The position numbers and the translations under genes are program-made. Below are positions 1 to 8,745 of a stretch of 64,000 nt of DNA, piece after piece. Numbering within the stretch: the stretch's first letter is position 1; every line of letters begins with the position of its first letter. The stretch is from a virus. The stretch lies in IMG/VR virus record IMGVR_UViG_3300044630_004371, positions 22,859 to 86,858 of that record. One strand, written 5' to 3'. The notes beneath the pieces are model-generated. The model was not told where the DNA came from. It did not search any database and saw only the letters and a program-made list of their open reading frames with translations.

Positions 1-8
1 TAAAACAA

Positions 9-710
9 TTGGAGAGTGAAGCCAAGATAAATAACATTGTTGATAAAATGGTTAATAACGTAAATAAAAACCCTATTGGTGATTCTGCGTTTTCATTTAC
101 CAAAGAAGAAACTTATGCAAATCAAATAGAAGCTTTGAATAGAAAAAAAGGTTCTATTACGGTTGACGTTGCTAATAAAGTTCCATCAAGTGTGCCAATT
201 GATAGCCTAACCAATTTTAATACTGATATGTCGTTTGCAACTACATTGCTAGAAAAGAAAGATGCCTTAACCAGTAACTTGAATAAAATGGCTAATTTAA
301 GTGCTTTAAATATACCTAGCAAAATTGATATACCCACTGTAAAATTGGGTTTTATACAACAGATTATTAGCAGTATGATAAAATCTATTGTAAATATTTT
401 TTTATCACCAAAGATTATTTTTTCTTTTGTTATAAACTATAAAATAGTTTATGGTCCAACATCTACATTTACTGATGCAATAGATTTTATCAAAAAAAAT
501 AAAAATCTAATGAATTCAATTATGAAAGCTATCGCTGAAGAATTGATTAAAATTTTATTGACAATAGCTTTAAAAGAAATATCTTCTTTGGTATCCGAAG
601 CAATTGCAAAAAGACAAAAAGAAAAAGCCGTCAACAAATTGGCACAATTACAAAGTCTTGCTGGTATACCAATAGACACAATAAAGAAAATTTTAGAAAA
701 TTTAATATAA
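9..710 (+). CDS. Hypothetical phage protein, probably truncated by the window edge
   Basis: 233-aa ORF whose frame is open back to the window start; its stop overlaps the next ATG (TAATG). Confidence 0.7.
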   Translation: MESEAKINNIVDKMVNNVNKNPIGDSAFSFTKEETYANQIEALNRKKGSITVDVANKVPSSVPIDSLTNFNTDMSFATTLLEKKDALTSNLNKMANLSALNIPSKIDIPTVKLGFIQQIISSMIKSIVNIFLSPKIIFSFVINYKIVYGPTSTFTDAIDFIKKNKNLMNSIMKAIAEELIKILLTIALKEISSLVSEAIAKRQKEKAVNKLAQLQSLAGIPIDTIKKILENLI

Positions 711-1141
711 TGTCAGATTCAAAACCAATCCCAATTTCTGGGTTTAATTTATCGTCAATAAATGGTGTTTTAAATATAATTTTAAGTGCCTTTTCAATAC
801 CACAAATACCAGTTGAACCATTGCCACCACCGTTGATTATGATTGGTGCTAAATTACGTCCTGGTATTTCAGCACAAAGCATCGCTGCTGAAATTATTAG
901 CAAACAATCCAATTCTGGTAGAGTTGTTGGTGATGTTTTCGCCGATGGTCCAAACTCGGAAGAGGCTATGGAAGTGATAAGAATTCAAGGAATTATTGAT
1001 GCAATATTAAACGAAGCCAGAGTTGATGTTGTTATTCAACCTGGTATTGCTGTATCAACCGTTGGTGCTTCACCACTTGGACCAGTTGTATCACAAGGTG
1101 CTACAACGGCTATGGGTATTGGTGATGGTATAATAAGATAA
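710..1141 (+). CDS. Hypothetical protein, possibly virion/baseplate-associated
   Basis: 143-aa ORF coupled to the upstream gene; lies in a + strand structural-looking cluster. Confidence 0.65.
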   Translation: MSDSKPIPISGFNLSSINGVLNIILSAFSIPQIPVEPLPPPLIMIGAKLRPGISAQSIAAEIISKQSNSGRVVGDVFADGPNSEEAMEVIRIQGIIDAILNEARVDVVIQPGIAVSTVGASPLGPVVSQGATTAMGIGDGIIR

Positions 1142-1155
1142 TAAAAACACAAATC

Positions 1156-1335
1156 ATGGAAGATTTAGAAAACAAATCAAATAATGAAATTCTTTTTGAG
1201 ATTAAACAAATGGAAGCCGATTATGAAGCATTGAAATTAAAAATGCTTAAAGATTATGATAAGATGGAAGAATTACAAATAAAATATGAAAGAGCACATA
1301 AAATAATATTTAAAAGGGTAAACAGTGGGCACTAA
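1156..1335 (+). CDS. Small coiled-coil protein (59 aa, MEDLENKSNNEILFEIKQ...)
   Basis: Read by eye: ATG 1156 to TAA 1335; fills the gap between neighbours; below the ORF-track cutoff. Confidence 0.65.
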   Translation: MEDLENKSNNEILFEIKQMEADYEALKLKMLKDYDKMEELQIKYERAHKIIFKRVNSGH

Positions 1336-2320
1336 TAAAGCAGAAAGAAACGAAGAAAGTTTATATGACAAAATAAACATAACACCAAAAATAAGAATAG
1401 GTATTGTTAAAGAAATTGAACATAATTCTGGTCCTAAAAAAGATATGGGTCTTGGTAGAATAAAAGTTCATATCAAAGGTCCAAAGTCTCAAGGTGCTGA
1501 TGATGGCAAATTAGACATAGATTTACCATGGTGTTTTCCATTATTACCTAAACATTTGTCAGTAACACCTAAAATTGGTGAGGCCGTGCTTATTTTTGTG
1601 TTTAGTGATTATCAACAACATGTAGATAGACTTTACATAGGCCCAATTATTTCACAACTACCATTACTAGATAGAGACCCATTCGAATTTTCAGCTTTGG
1701 CTGGTTTTACTTTTGCTCCAGCCTACCCAGCTAAAAATCCAAAACTAATACCAGAACTAAACGGTGTTTTTCCAGAACCACACGACATATCTATTCAAGG
1801 TAGGTACAATACTGATATAACTCAAAAAAATAATGAGATTGTTATTAGAGCTGGTAAATTTGAAACATCTAAACCTAACGATAACAATCCTTATTCTTTT
1901 AAATTCAATACCAGAACACAAAGCTATATTCAAATTAAAAATGATGTGATTGTTGTACCCAAAACCAATAATCAAGATGAACTAAGAGGTTCAGTTACCA
2001 ACATTGTGGCCAGTAAAATAAATCTTATAACACATGCTGATGGTAGCCCTAGGTTCAATATAACAAATCAAGATAATTTGATTAGTGATGATGAATTGGC
2101 GAATATCCTAGACCAAGCTCATCAATTGCCATTTGGTGATGTTTTATTGCAGTATTTGATTCTTATGAAAGAAGCTTTGTTTAACCACGTACATAATGGA
2201 AGTGGAAACTTTCCAACTGATTTGACCTCAGATGGAAACAAACAATCTATAGCAATATTCAAAACCAAAGCTGACGATTTGGAAAAATCTATGCTTTCAA
2301 AAAACATTCGTATCAATTAG
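1325..2320 (+). CDS. Putative baseplate hub/spike protein (gp5/gpV-like N-terminal OB fold)
   Basis: GRIKVHI...LPWCFPLLP...PKIGEAVLIF pattern typical of gp5-type N-terminal domains; C-terminal HxH (NHVHN). Confidence 0.55.
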   Translation: MGTNKAERNEESLYDKINITPKIRIGIVKEIEHNSGPKKDMGLGRIKVHIKGPKSQGADDGKLDIDLPWCFPLLPKHLSVTPKIGEAVLIFVFSDYQQHVDRLYIGPIISQLPLLDRDPFEFSALAGFTFAPAYPAKNPKLIPELNGVFPEPHDISIQGRYNTDITQKNNEIVIRAGKFETSKPNDNNPYSFKFNTRTQSYIQIKNDVIVVPKTNNQDELRGSVTNIVASKINLITHADGSPRFNITNQDNLISDDELANILDQAHQLPFGDVLLQYLILMKEALFNHVHNGSGNFPTDLTSDGNKQSIAIFKTKADDLEKSMLSKNIRIN

Positions 2321-2355
2321 TAGGCTGCTATATATTTATAGTAAAACAAATAACC

Positions 2356-3762
2356 ATGGTAATTAGAACCTTTTTTGATAAAAATAATACAATCGTTAGT
2401 AACCTAGACGTAAATACTGGTTTAAACCCAGTATCTGAACTATTTTATGGTGGTGCTATTGGTGAACAAAAATATAGTCGTTTATTATTTCATTTTGATG
2501 AAACAAGACTTAAAGACTTATATACAGGCGGTACTTTTACCGATTTAACCAAATTAAAACATACTCTTAGACTTACAAATACAGCTTCTTTTGATACAGC
2601 TTATTTGAATGGTACCATGGGTGGAAAAGATAGAGCAAGTTCTTTTGATTTGATAGCCTTTAAAATAAACCAATCGTGGGATAATGGTGTTGGTTATGAT
2701 TATGAAATACCAATTTTAATGTTTGGTGAAGGAGCTTTTTCCAATGGTGCGTCAAATTGGGTTGAAGCTCAAACAGGTGTTGCATGGGCCAACGGCACTG
2801 GCGTTTATTCTGGAAGTCCTTCTGGTATAACGGTTAGTACGCAACACTTTGACAAGGGTAATGAAAACCTAGAAATGGATATTACTAATTATGTAAATGG
2901 TTTACTAACTGGTAATACAAATTATGGGTTAGGTATTGCGTATAATAGACCTTTTGAATTAATGAATACAACAACATTACAATATGTTGGTTTCTTTACA
3001 AACAATACACAAACCTTTTATGAACCTTACATTGAAACAATCTATGATAATCATATAAGTGACGATAGAAACAATTTCTTCTTGGATAAACCTAACGAAC
3101 TATACCTATATGTAAACCTAGCTGGTAACCCAACCAATTTAGATACCCTCCCAAGTGTTTATATATATGATAATAACGGAACAGTAGTTCAAACATTCAT
3201 ACCTTCACAAGTTAATCATGTAACGCTAGGTGTTTACTCAATTGATATAACGGTAGCAACTACATCATCAAACATTGAAACAATGTACAACGATATGTGG
3301 GCTGGTATTGTTGTAAATGGTGTATCTAGAGATGATATTAGTTTAGATTTTGTACTTAAAGATTCAATGGGTTACTACAACATAGGTAACAACGATATGC
3401 TACCTAAAAAAATTGCTGTGTCTATTGGTGGTATTCAAAATAAAGAAAGAATCAAACGTGGTGATATTCGTAAGGTTATGGTTTCTGCTAGAATACCTTA
3501 TACTGTTGAACAAACTCAAGCAATTGATGGGATAAAATACAGATTGTATGTCTCTGAAGGTGTGCGTGAGCTTACAGTTATTGATTTTCAACCAATAGAA
3601 ATGGCCAACAATTATTACTATTTCTTATTGGATACAGCTAGTCTAATACCTAATACTTATTATTTGGATGTAATAGTCACTTCAAATTTAGAAGTAACAA
3701 CAATAAAGAACGCTGTTCAATTTGATATTATCAGCCAAGTAGAATTAAGAAAAGGTCAATAA
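2356..3762 (+). CDS. Putative virion structural protein (beta-rich)
   Basis: 468-aa Thr/Asn/Gly-rich ORF preceded by the ATATTTATA motif at 2332-2340. Confidence 0.6.
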   Translation: MVIRTFFDKNNTIVSNLDVNTGLNPVSELFYGGAIGEQKYSRLLFHFDETRLKDLYTGGTFTDLTKLKHTLRLTNTASFDTAYLNGTMGGKDRASSFDLIAFKINQSWDNGVGYDYEIPILMFGEGAFSNGASNWVEAQTGVAWANGTGVYSGSPSGITVSTQHFDKGNENLEMDITNYVNGLLTGNTNYGLGIAYNRPFELMNTTTLQYVGFFTNNTQTFYEPYIETIYDNHISDDRNNFFLDKPNELYLYVNLAGNPTNLDTLPSVYIYDNNGTVVQTFIPSQVNHVTLGVYSIDITVATTSSNIETMYNDMWAGIVVNGVSRDDISLDFVLKDSMGYYNIGNNDMLPKKIAVSIGGIQNKERIKRGDIRKVMVSARIPYTVEQTQAIDGIKYRLYVSEGVRELTVIDFQPIEMANNYYYFLLDTASLIPNTYYLDVIVTSNLEVTTIKNAVQFDIISQVELRKGQ

Positions 3763-3763
3763 T

Positions 3764-4465
3764 ATGAAAAACTTTATAAAAAAATTACTACGTGAAGTAA
3801 TAAACGCCAGCGAAGCACAACGAGATGAAGATGCTTTAAAAACTGTTATAGACGGAAAGAGAGATTTGGGGTTCATAACCTTAAAAGCCGCAACAATCCC
3901 AGAAAAAACATTTTGGGATGAAATTAAAAAACATGGTTTAGGAACTATAAGTCTTCCATTGAATCGTTATAACGCTTTCATTTATTTTAGAAAAGGTGCT
4001 GAATTAAAAGCCCTTGAATTATCTAATATTGCAAATAAATATGGTGGTTATCTATCATATGAAGCAACCAGAGATGAGACAATAAGAATTGGGCAATTGC
4101 TAGGTTATAAAGAATCAGATATATCTGATTATATAAATAAAAAATACCCAGTAAATGAACAAATGATTGATGGTCAAGACATGAATCAAGGGACCCAAAC
4201 CCTGTGTAATAAAATGACCATAAACAGCTATCAAGAAGCCGCATTCTACGTCAAGAAGGCTCTAGAAGGTATGGATAAAACAACCAAAAATAGAATCATG
4301 CAAAAGATTCATGTGCCTTTGGAGAACCTTAGACAAGAACAAAATACAATCAATTCAGAAATCAAAAATAATGGTATGTCTGGAGATTCAATACCAGACG
4401 AAGCTGATACATATTGGCATCAAATTCAATCAACCATTTGTGAAATGGGTTCAGATTTTGAATAA
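3764..4465 (+). CDS. Putative internal head protein with IKKLLRE tag; two modules
   Basis: Starts MKNFIKKLLRE; internal VNE junction. Confidence 0.6.
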   Translation: MKNFIKKLLREVINASEAQRDEDALKTVIDGKRDLGFITLKAATIPEKTFWDEIKKHGLGTISLPLNRYNAFIYFRKGAELKALELSNIANKYGGYLSYEATRDETIRIGQLLGYKESDISDYINKKYPVNEQMIDGQDMNQGTQTLCNKMTINSYQEAAFYVKKALEGMDKTTKNRIMQKIHVPLENLRQEQNTINSEIKNNGMSGDSIPDEADTYWHQIQSTICEMGSDFE

Positions 4466-4501
4466 AATCACTTGACAATTTTATAAGTTTTAGTATATTT
4501 A

Positions 4502-4578
4502 TTATTGCGTTGACTAATGTATTGGTCCCGACTGGTAAAACAGTTTAGAGTTGTTTCGGCAACAAAGGTATCGGTACA
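4502..4578 (+). promoter_or_regulatory. Structured 5' leader (multibranch) whose first 15 nt are complementary to the 3' UTR
   Basis: TGTATTGGT/ATCGGTACA stem encloses GACTG-GTAAAA-CAGTT and GTTGT-TTCG-GCAAC hairpins; TTATTGCGTTGACTA (4502-4516) pairs with TAGTTAACGCAATAA (5525-5539). Confidence 0.55.
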
Positions 4579-4605
4579 AATAACAAAAATTAAAAGTTAA
4601 TAAAA

Positions 4606-5514
4606 ATGAAACAAAACATCTGTGCACCAAGTGTGCCCACAGCAAACCTTGCTGTCAACAAATCTAGAGTAAAGCTCTATTCAAAGGGTCTGGATATGCC
4701 GACCTATTATCTCCAAAAAGGACAAGAGTTCCAATTTGAATTATTTAACCCAACATCAGACGTAGTACTGGCCAAGATTCAGTTAAATAGAAAGGTTATT
4801 TCCCAAGGAGGGTTAATAATAAATCCAGGTCAACGTTTATTCCTTGACCGTTATTTGGATGTTGCTCAAAAATTCTTATTTGATACCTATGAAGTGGGTG
4901 AAACCGATGAGGTTAAAAAAGCCATTGAAAACAATGGTGATATCAAAGTTGAATTTTATAAAGAACGTCAAGAAAACCCACCGATTAGAATAACACCAAA
5001 TTGGACTTATAGAACTAATATTTATTACAGCAATACAAGTATTGGTGGTTCTAATTTTACAGGTACTGACCCTCAGTTTTTACGTAATGGTACAATGTCC
5101 ACAAATAGTTTGACCAATGGTTCCGTAACAACTACAAACGTATCTACTGGTAATGCTAGTTTTACACCATCAGTGTCTTCTAATCTATTCAACCTTTCTA
5201 ATTCTAAGACAACGTTTGATTCTTTTATTGATGATTTTAATGCTATTAAGGACGTTAAAAGAACTCTAGCCAGAAACAAAAAATCAATAGAAACAGGAAG
5301 AGTTGAAAAAGGTTCACATTCTGAGCAAGAGTTCACCTATGTAAACAAATCATTTGAATATTCACCATTCCATATAGTAGAGTATAAACTCTTACCAGTT
5401 TCTCAAAAGGTTAATACCGTAGATGATATCAATGTAAAAAGATACTGTACCAACTGTGGTTCAAAATTTGGCAAGACCGATAAATTCTGTGCGAATTGTG
5501 GTCAAAAAGCCTAA
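4606..5514 (+). CDS. Conserved phage protein with C-terminal zinc ribbon
   Basis: C-terminal CTNCG...FCANCG. Confidence 0.75.
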   Translation: MKQNICAPSVPTANLAVNKSRVKLYSKGLDMPTYYLQKGQEFQFELFNPTSDVVLAKIQLNRKVISQGGLIINPGQRLFLDRYLDVAQKFLFDTYEVGETDEVKKAIENNGDIKVEFYKERQENPPIRITPNWTYRTNIYYSNTSIGGSNFTGTDPQFLRNGTMSTNSLTNGSVTTTNVSTGNASFTPSVSSNLFNLSNSKTTFDSFIDDFNAIKDVKRTLARNKKSIETGRVEKGSHSEQEFTYVNKSFEYSPFHIVEYKLLPVSQKVNTVDDINVKRYCTNCGSKFGKTDKFCANCGQKA

Positions 5515-5537
5515 TCAAAAATAATAGTTAACGCAAT

Positions 5538-5568
5538 AAAAAAGGGGTTTTTAACCCCCTTTTTTTTT
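5538..5568. terminator. Bidirectional intrinsic terminator
   Basis: A-run-GGGGTT-TTT-AACCCC-C-T-run between convergent genes. Confidence 0.8.
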
Positions 5569-6325
5569 ATCTCATATTTTTACCTAATAACCCTTCTCTA
5601 TTCATTCTAATTTTTAAATCTCTTATCCATCTTTCTTTAAAATTACTTGGTAAACTATTATTTACAGTGTTTAAGGCTGGTGATATATTTAATATATCGT
5701 CAAATGTCAAGACATTCCAATTATTTTTATATTTATTGTATAATTGTTTAATATTATGAATTTGTCCTTGTATTTCCATTTTTGTTGCGTTAACTGGAAT
5801 TCCACCTATATCTCTTGTTTGTAATTCCACCTGTTTATTGATTCTTTTTTCTATGTGTCTATTATGAAACACATCATCAATCCAATGTGTTAATTCATGA
5901 TGAATAGAACCTTTAATTTTTTCTTCGGTAAATTCTATTTTAAATATCTTTTTTTGTTTGTAATCACTTAAATCATTAACAGCTTTAACAAAATCACCAC
6001 CATTCGATAACACATGAGCTAAAGCATTTTTATGTATACCAATACTTATTAATGATTTTTTTGGGTCGTAAAAATTACTACCCATATTAACCAAAATAGT
6101 ACATGGTTTTAATTGATTAGCAATGATACATTCCCCATCTTTAAAAATCCTCGTTGTTGTTTGATTTTCTTTAAACATATTTCTAGTTACAATATTGGTT
6201 CTTTCAATCTCATCAATATCATTTTTAAAATAAAGATTGTATAATAAATTAACATCTGATTCTATATTTGTTAATCTCTCAATTAACAAATTTTCTCTTA
6301 AAAGTTTTTTAATTAAATTTTTCAT
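5567..6325 (-). CDS. Putative internal head protein with HExxH metallopeptidase-like motif
   Basis: Starts MKNLIKKLLRE; HHELTH motif; ATATTTATA 6 nt before the ATG. Confidence 0.6.
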   Translation of the reverse strand: MKNLIKKLLRENLLIERLTNIESDVNLLYNLYFKNDIDEIERTNIVTRNMFKENQTTTRIFKDGECIIANQLKPCTILVNMGSNFYDPKKSLISIGIHKNALAHVLSNGGDFVKAVNDLSDYKQKKIFKIEFTEEKIKGSIHHELTHWIDDVFHNRHIEKRINKQVELQTRDIGGIPVNATKMEIQGQIHNIKQLYNKYKNNWNVLTFDDILNISPALNTVNNSLPSNFKERWIRDLKIRMNREGLLGKNMR

Positions 6326-6439
6326 ATCAACTATAAATATTTGTAATTTACAATAAGTTTTGGTATCTTTATAAAAATTAACCTATTATGACAACAAGAG
6401 AATGAATCAGCTGAATAGCTTAAAGACTTTGAGTGATTG

Positions 6440-7417
6440 TTAAGGTTGATGCAATGTTTTTATGATAGATTTTACACTATCGTCAATTGTTTTGATGGGT
6501 TCCCAACCCATTATATTTTTTGCTTTTGAACTATCTGAATATATTTTTTCAATATCACCATCCCTACGTGGACATATTTCATATGGTATTTCATAACCAT
6601 GTCTTTTAAAAGCTTCAAGTACATCCATAACGCTATACCCATTTCCAGAACCAATATTGATAACAGAAAATGTTTCTTTTTCAGTAACTGAAATTGATTT
6701 TACATGTGCATCGGCCAAATCATTGACATCAATATAATCCCTAATTGCCGTTCCATCATGTGTATTATAATCGTTGCCAAATATTTTTAAATTAAGATAT
6801 TTACCTTCTATCACACCCGTAATGTATGGTATAAGATTCTCTGGCACACCTTTAGGTTTTTCTGATATCAATCCAGATGGATGAGCTCCAATAGGATTAA
6901 AATAACGCAATATAACCACATTTAAACCACTTTTACTAACTTCTTGTAGGATTTCCTCACAAATCTGTTTTGTGAGCCCATATGGGCTTTTAGCTGGCTT
7001 TATTGGTGTATCTTCATTTACTGGAAACTTATCTGGTTCACCATATACAGTACATGATGATGAAAAGATAAACTTCTTTACACCCATGCTTTTTGCTGCT
7101 TGTAAAAGCTTGATTGTACTGGTAATATTATTATCAAAGTATTTTATTGGTTCCCTAACTGATTCAGAAACTGATTTATATGCCGCAAAGTGTATGATAC
7201 AATCAACATCTGTAAGCACATTCTCTATAGAAAAAACACTCAAGTCAATAAAATGACATTCTACTTCTTTACCTGTCAAGGTTTTTATGTTTTCAAGCAC
7301 ATCAATTGATGAGTTGGACAAATTGTCGACAATGATTGGGTTATGACCTTCTTCGATAAGTTTTACTACGGTATGGCTACCAATATAACCAAGACCACCT
7401 GTTACTAAAATATTCAT
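6440..7417 (-). CDS. galE: UDP-glucose 4-epimerase
   Basis: ILVTGGLGYIGSHT Rossmann motif, HFAAYKSVSES, SSSCTVYG, YGLTK (YxxxK), LRYFNPIGAH; start moved to ATG 7417. Confidence 0.95.
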   Translation of the reverse strand: MNILVTGGLGYIGSHTVVKLIEEGHNPIIVDNLSNSSIDVLENIKTLTGKEVECHFIDLSVFSIENVLTDVDCIIHFAAYKSVSESVREPIKYFDNNITSTIKLLQAAKSMGVKKFIFSSSCTVYGEPDKFPVNEDTPIKPAKSPYGLTKQICEEILQEVSKSGLNVVILRYFNPIGAHPSGLISEKPKGVPENLIPYITGVIEGKYLNLKIFGNDYNTHDGTAIRDYIDVNDLADAHVKSISVTEKETFSVINIGSGNGYSVMDVLEAFKRHGYEIPYEICPRRDGDIEKIYSDSSKAKNIMGWEPIKTIDDSVKSIIKTLHQP

Positions 7418-7492
7418 AAGTATAATATACGTATAAAACAAAAAAAGGCTAGAATAAATTCTAACCTTTTTAAGTTTATATAAGAATATTAA

Positions 7493-7561
7493 TTATCTTA
7501 ATTCTGCTACGTTGAATGTAGGTACACCATCTACTCTTACATGCCCGTAAAACCTGTTATT
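7493..7561 (-). repeat. Orphan second copy of the last 22 codons plus stop of the major capsid gene
   Basis: Translates to NNRFYGHVRVDGVPTFNVAELR*, identical to 8746-8814, with 13 nt differences that are all synonymous; has its own terminator-like hairpin at about 7440-7472. Confidence 0.95.
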
Positions 7562-7958
7562 TGGTTAGAATAATTTGATATGTTAAATCAGCAACGTACT
7601 CCAACATGGTCTTTCCGTGTTGTTTTATGAATTTAATTCTATGTTTATTTACATTAAATGATTCTAATTTTGGTATTTCATTTACTTCACCCATAACATA
7701 TTTATGAGCCATTGGATAATTTATAGCAAAAACCTTAAAACCCACCGAATTCACCAGCTCAACATCTCTTTTATTACCACCCCATAATTCAAGCTCATTA
7801 ATATATTTATCTAAATCTTCTCGTAGGATACACCAACATTGAATGCCATCATAAGGTAATTTTCTAATGGTACCACGATTATCAAAATTCTTTGTTCGTA
7901 CAAAAATGATGTCATTATTAAGGTTTTCTCTTAATATTTTTTTTATCAACAACTTCAT
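7557..7958 (-). CDS. Putative internal head protein inside the HNH cassette
   Basis: Starts MKLLIKKILRE; ATATTTATA 3 nt before the ATG. Confidence 0.65.
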   Translation of the reverse strand: MKLLIKKILRENLNNDIIFVRTKNFDNRGTIRKLPYDGIQCWCILREDLDKYINELELWGGNKRDVELVNSVGFKVFAINYPMAHKYVMGEVNEIPKLESFNVNKHRIKFIKQHGKTMLEYVADLTYQIILTK

Positions 7959-7960
7959 AT

Positions 7961-8650
7961 CTATAAATATCTTGGTCCTTTAGAAAGATTATCTGGCCAC
8001 CATAATGGTTGAAGATTTTCCAATCGCCAACACTCTTTAAACTCTGGGTCTTCTGGTGATGTAAAATTAAAACTTGACATTGGTCTTATATGGTCAACAT
8101 GCCACTCACCATAATTATCCCACGTCATACCGTTTACAAATTGTTTTTCCAAATGATTCATCAATTCCTCAATCGTATACCCAAGCAATTCAAATGTTTT
8201 ATTTGTTTTTTTAATACCACGCTCTTTAAGCAATTGCCAAACAGCGGTACGGGTTCTAACACCTAAACGATACTTTGGGTCCTCAGAACGTCTTTTACGT
8301 TCATAATCACGCTTATATTTATTTACACGTTCTTTATTATCTTCCCTCCATTCAGTATGTTTTTCACGTAAATATTCTCTATTTTCTTTAGACCATTCTT
8401 TATAAAATTTGCTTCTTTTTAATTTTATATCTGGTTTAGATTCATATTTCTTTTGTGCAACTTGTCTACCTCCAATATTTCGTCTTCCAGATGACCCTAA
8501 TACAATTCCATTTTCTTTAAGTGTTCTAATAATGATTGTTTTATGTATACCCATTTTTTTGCTAATTGTTGTTGAACCTAATAGTTCTTCATTATACATA
8601 CGTAAACATTCATATGTTTGTTCTGGCGTTAATTCTATTTTTTTACTCAT
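7961..8650 (-). CDS. HNH homing endonuclease
   Basis: GMTWDNYGEWHVDHIRP...NLQPLWWPDNLSKG; N-terminal HTH-like segment; start moved to ATG 8650. Confidence 0.85.
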   Translation of the reverse strand: MSKKIELTPEQTYECLRMYNEELLGSTTISKKMGIHKTIIIRTLKENGIVLGSSGRRNIGGRQVAQKKYESKPDIKLKRSKFYKEWSKENREYLREKHTEWREDNKERVNKYKRDYERKRRSEDPKYRLGVRTRTAVWQLLKERGIKKTNKTFELLGYTIEELMNHLEKQFVNGMTWDNYGEWHVDHIRPMSSFNFTSPEDPEFKECWRLENLQPLWWPDNLSKGPRYL

Positions 8651-8696
8651 AATATAAATATACAAACAATCTATTTAAAAGTCAAGTACTAAAAAC

Positions 8697-8724
8697 AAAA
8701 AAGGTGAGAAAAATCTCACCTTTT
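8697..8724 (-). terminator. Intrinsic terminator after the major capsid gene
   Basis: AAGGTGAGA-AAAA-TCTCACCTT hairpin with a U-tract on the - strand. Confidence 0.8.
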
Positions 8725-8745
8725 AAGTTTTTATTTTAGAATTAA

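Noticed and set aside
6332-6340. T4 gp55 late promoter TATAAATA in canonical orientation
   Set aside because: Here and at the other sites checked, it lies antisense to the adjacent gene start; the sense motif is ATATTTATA
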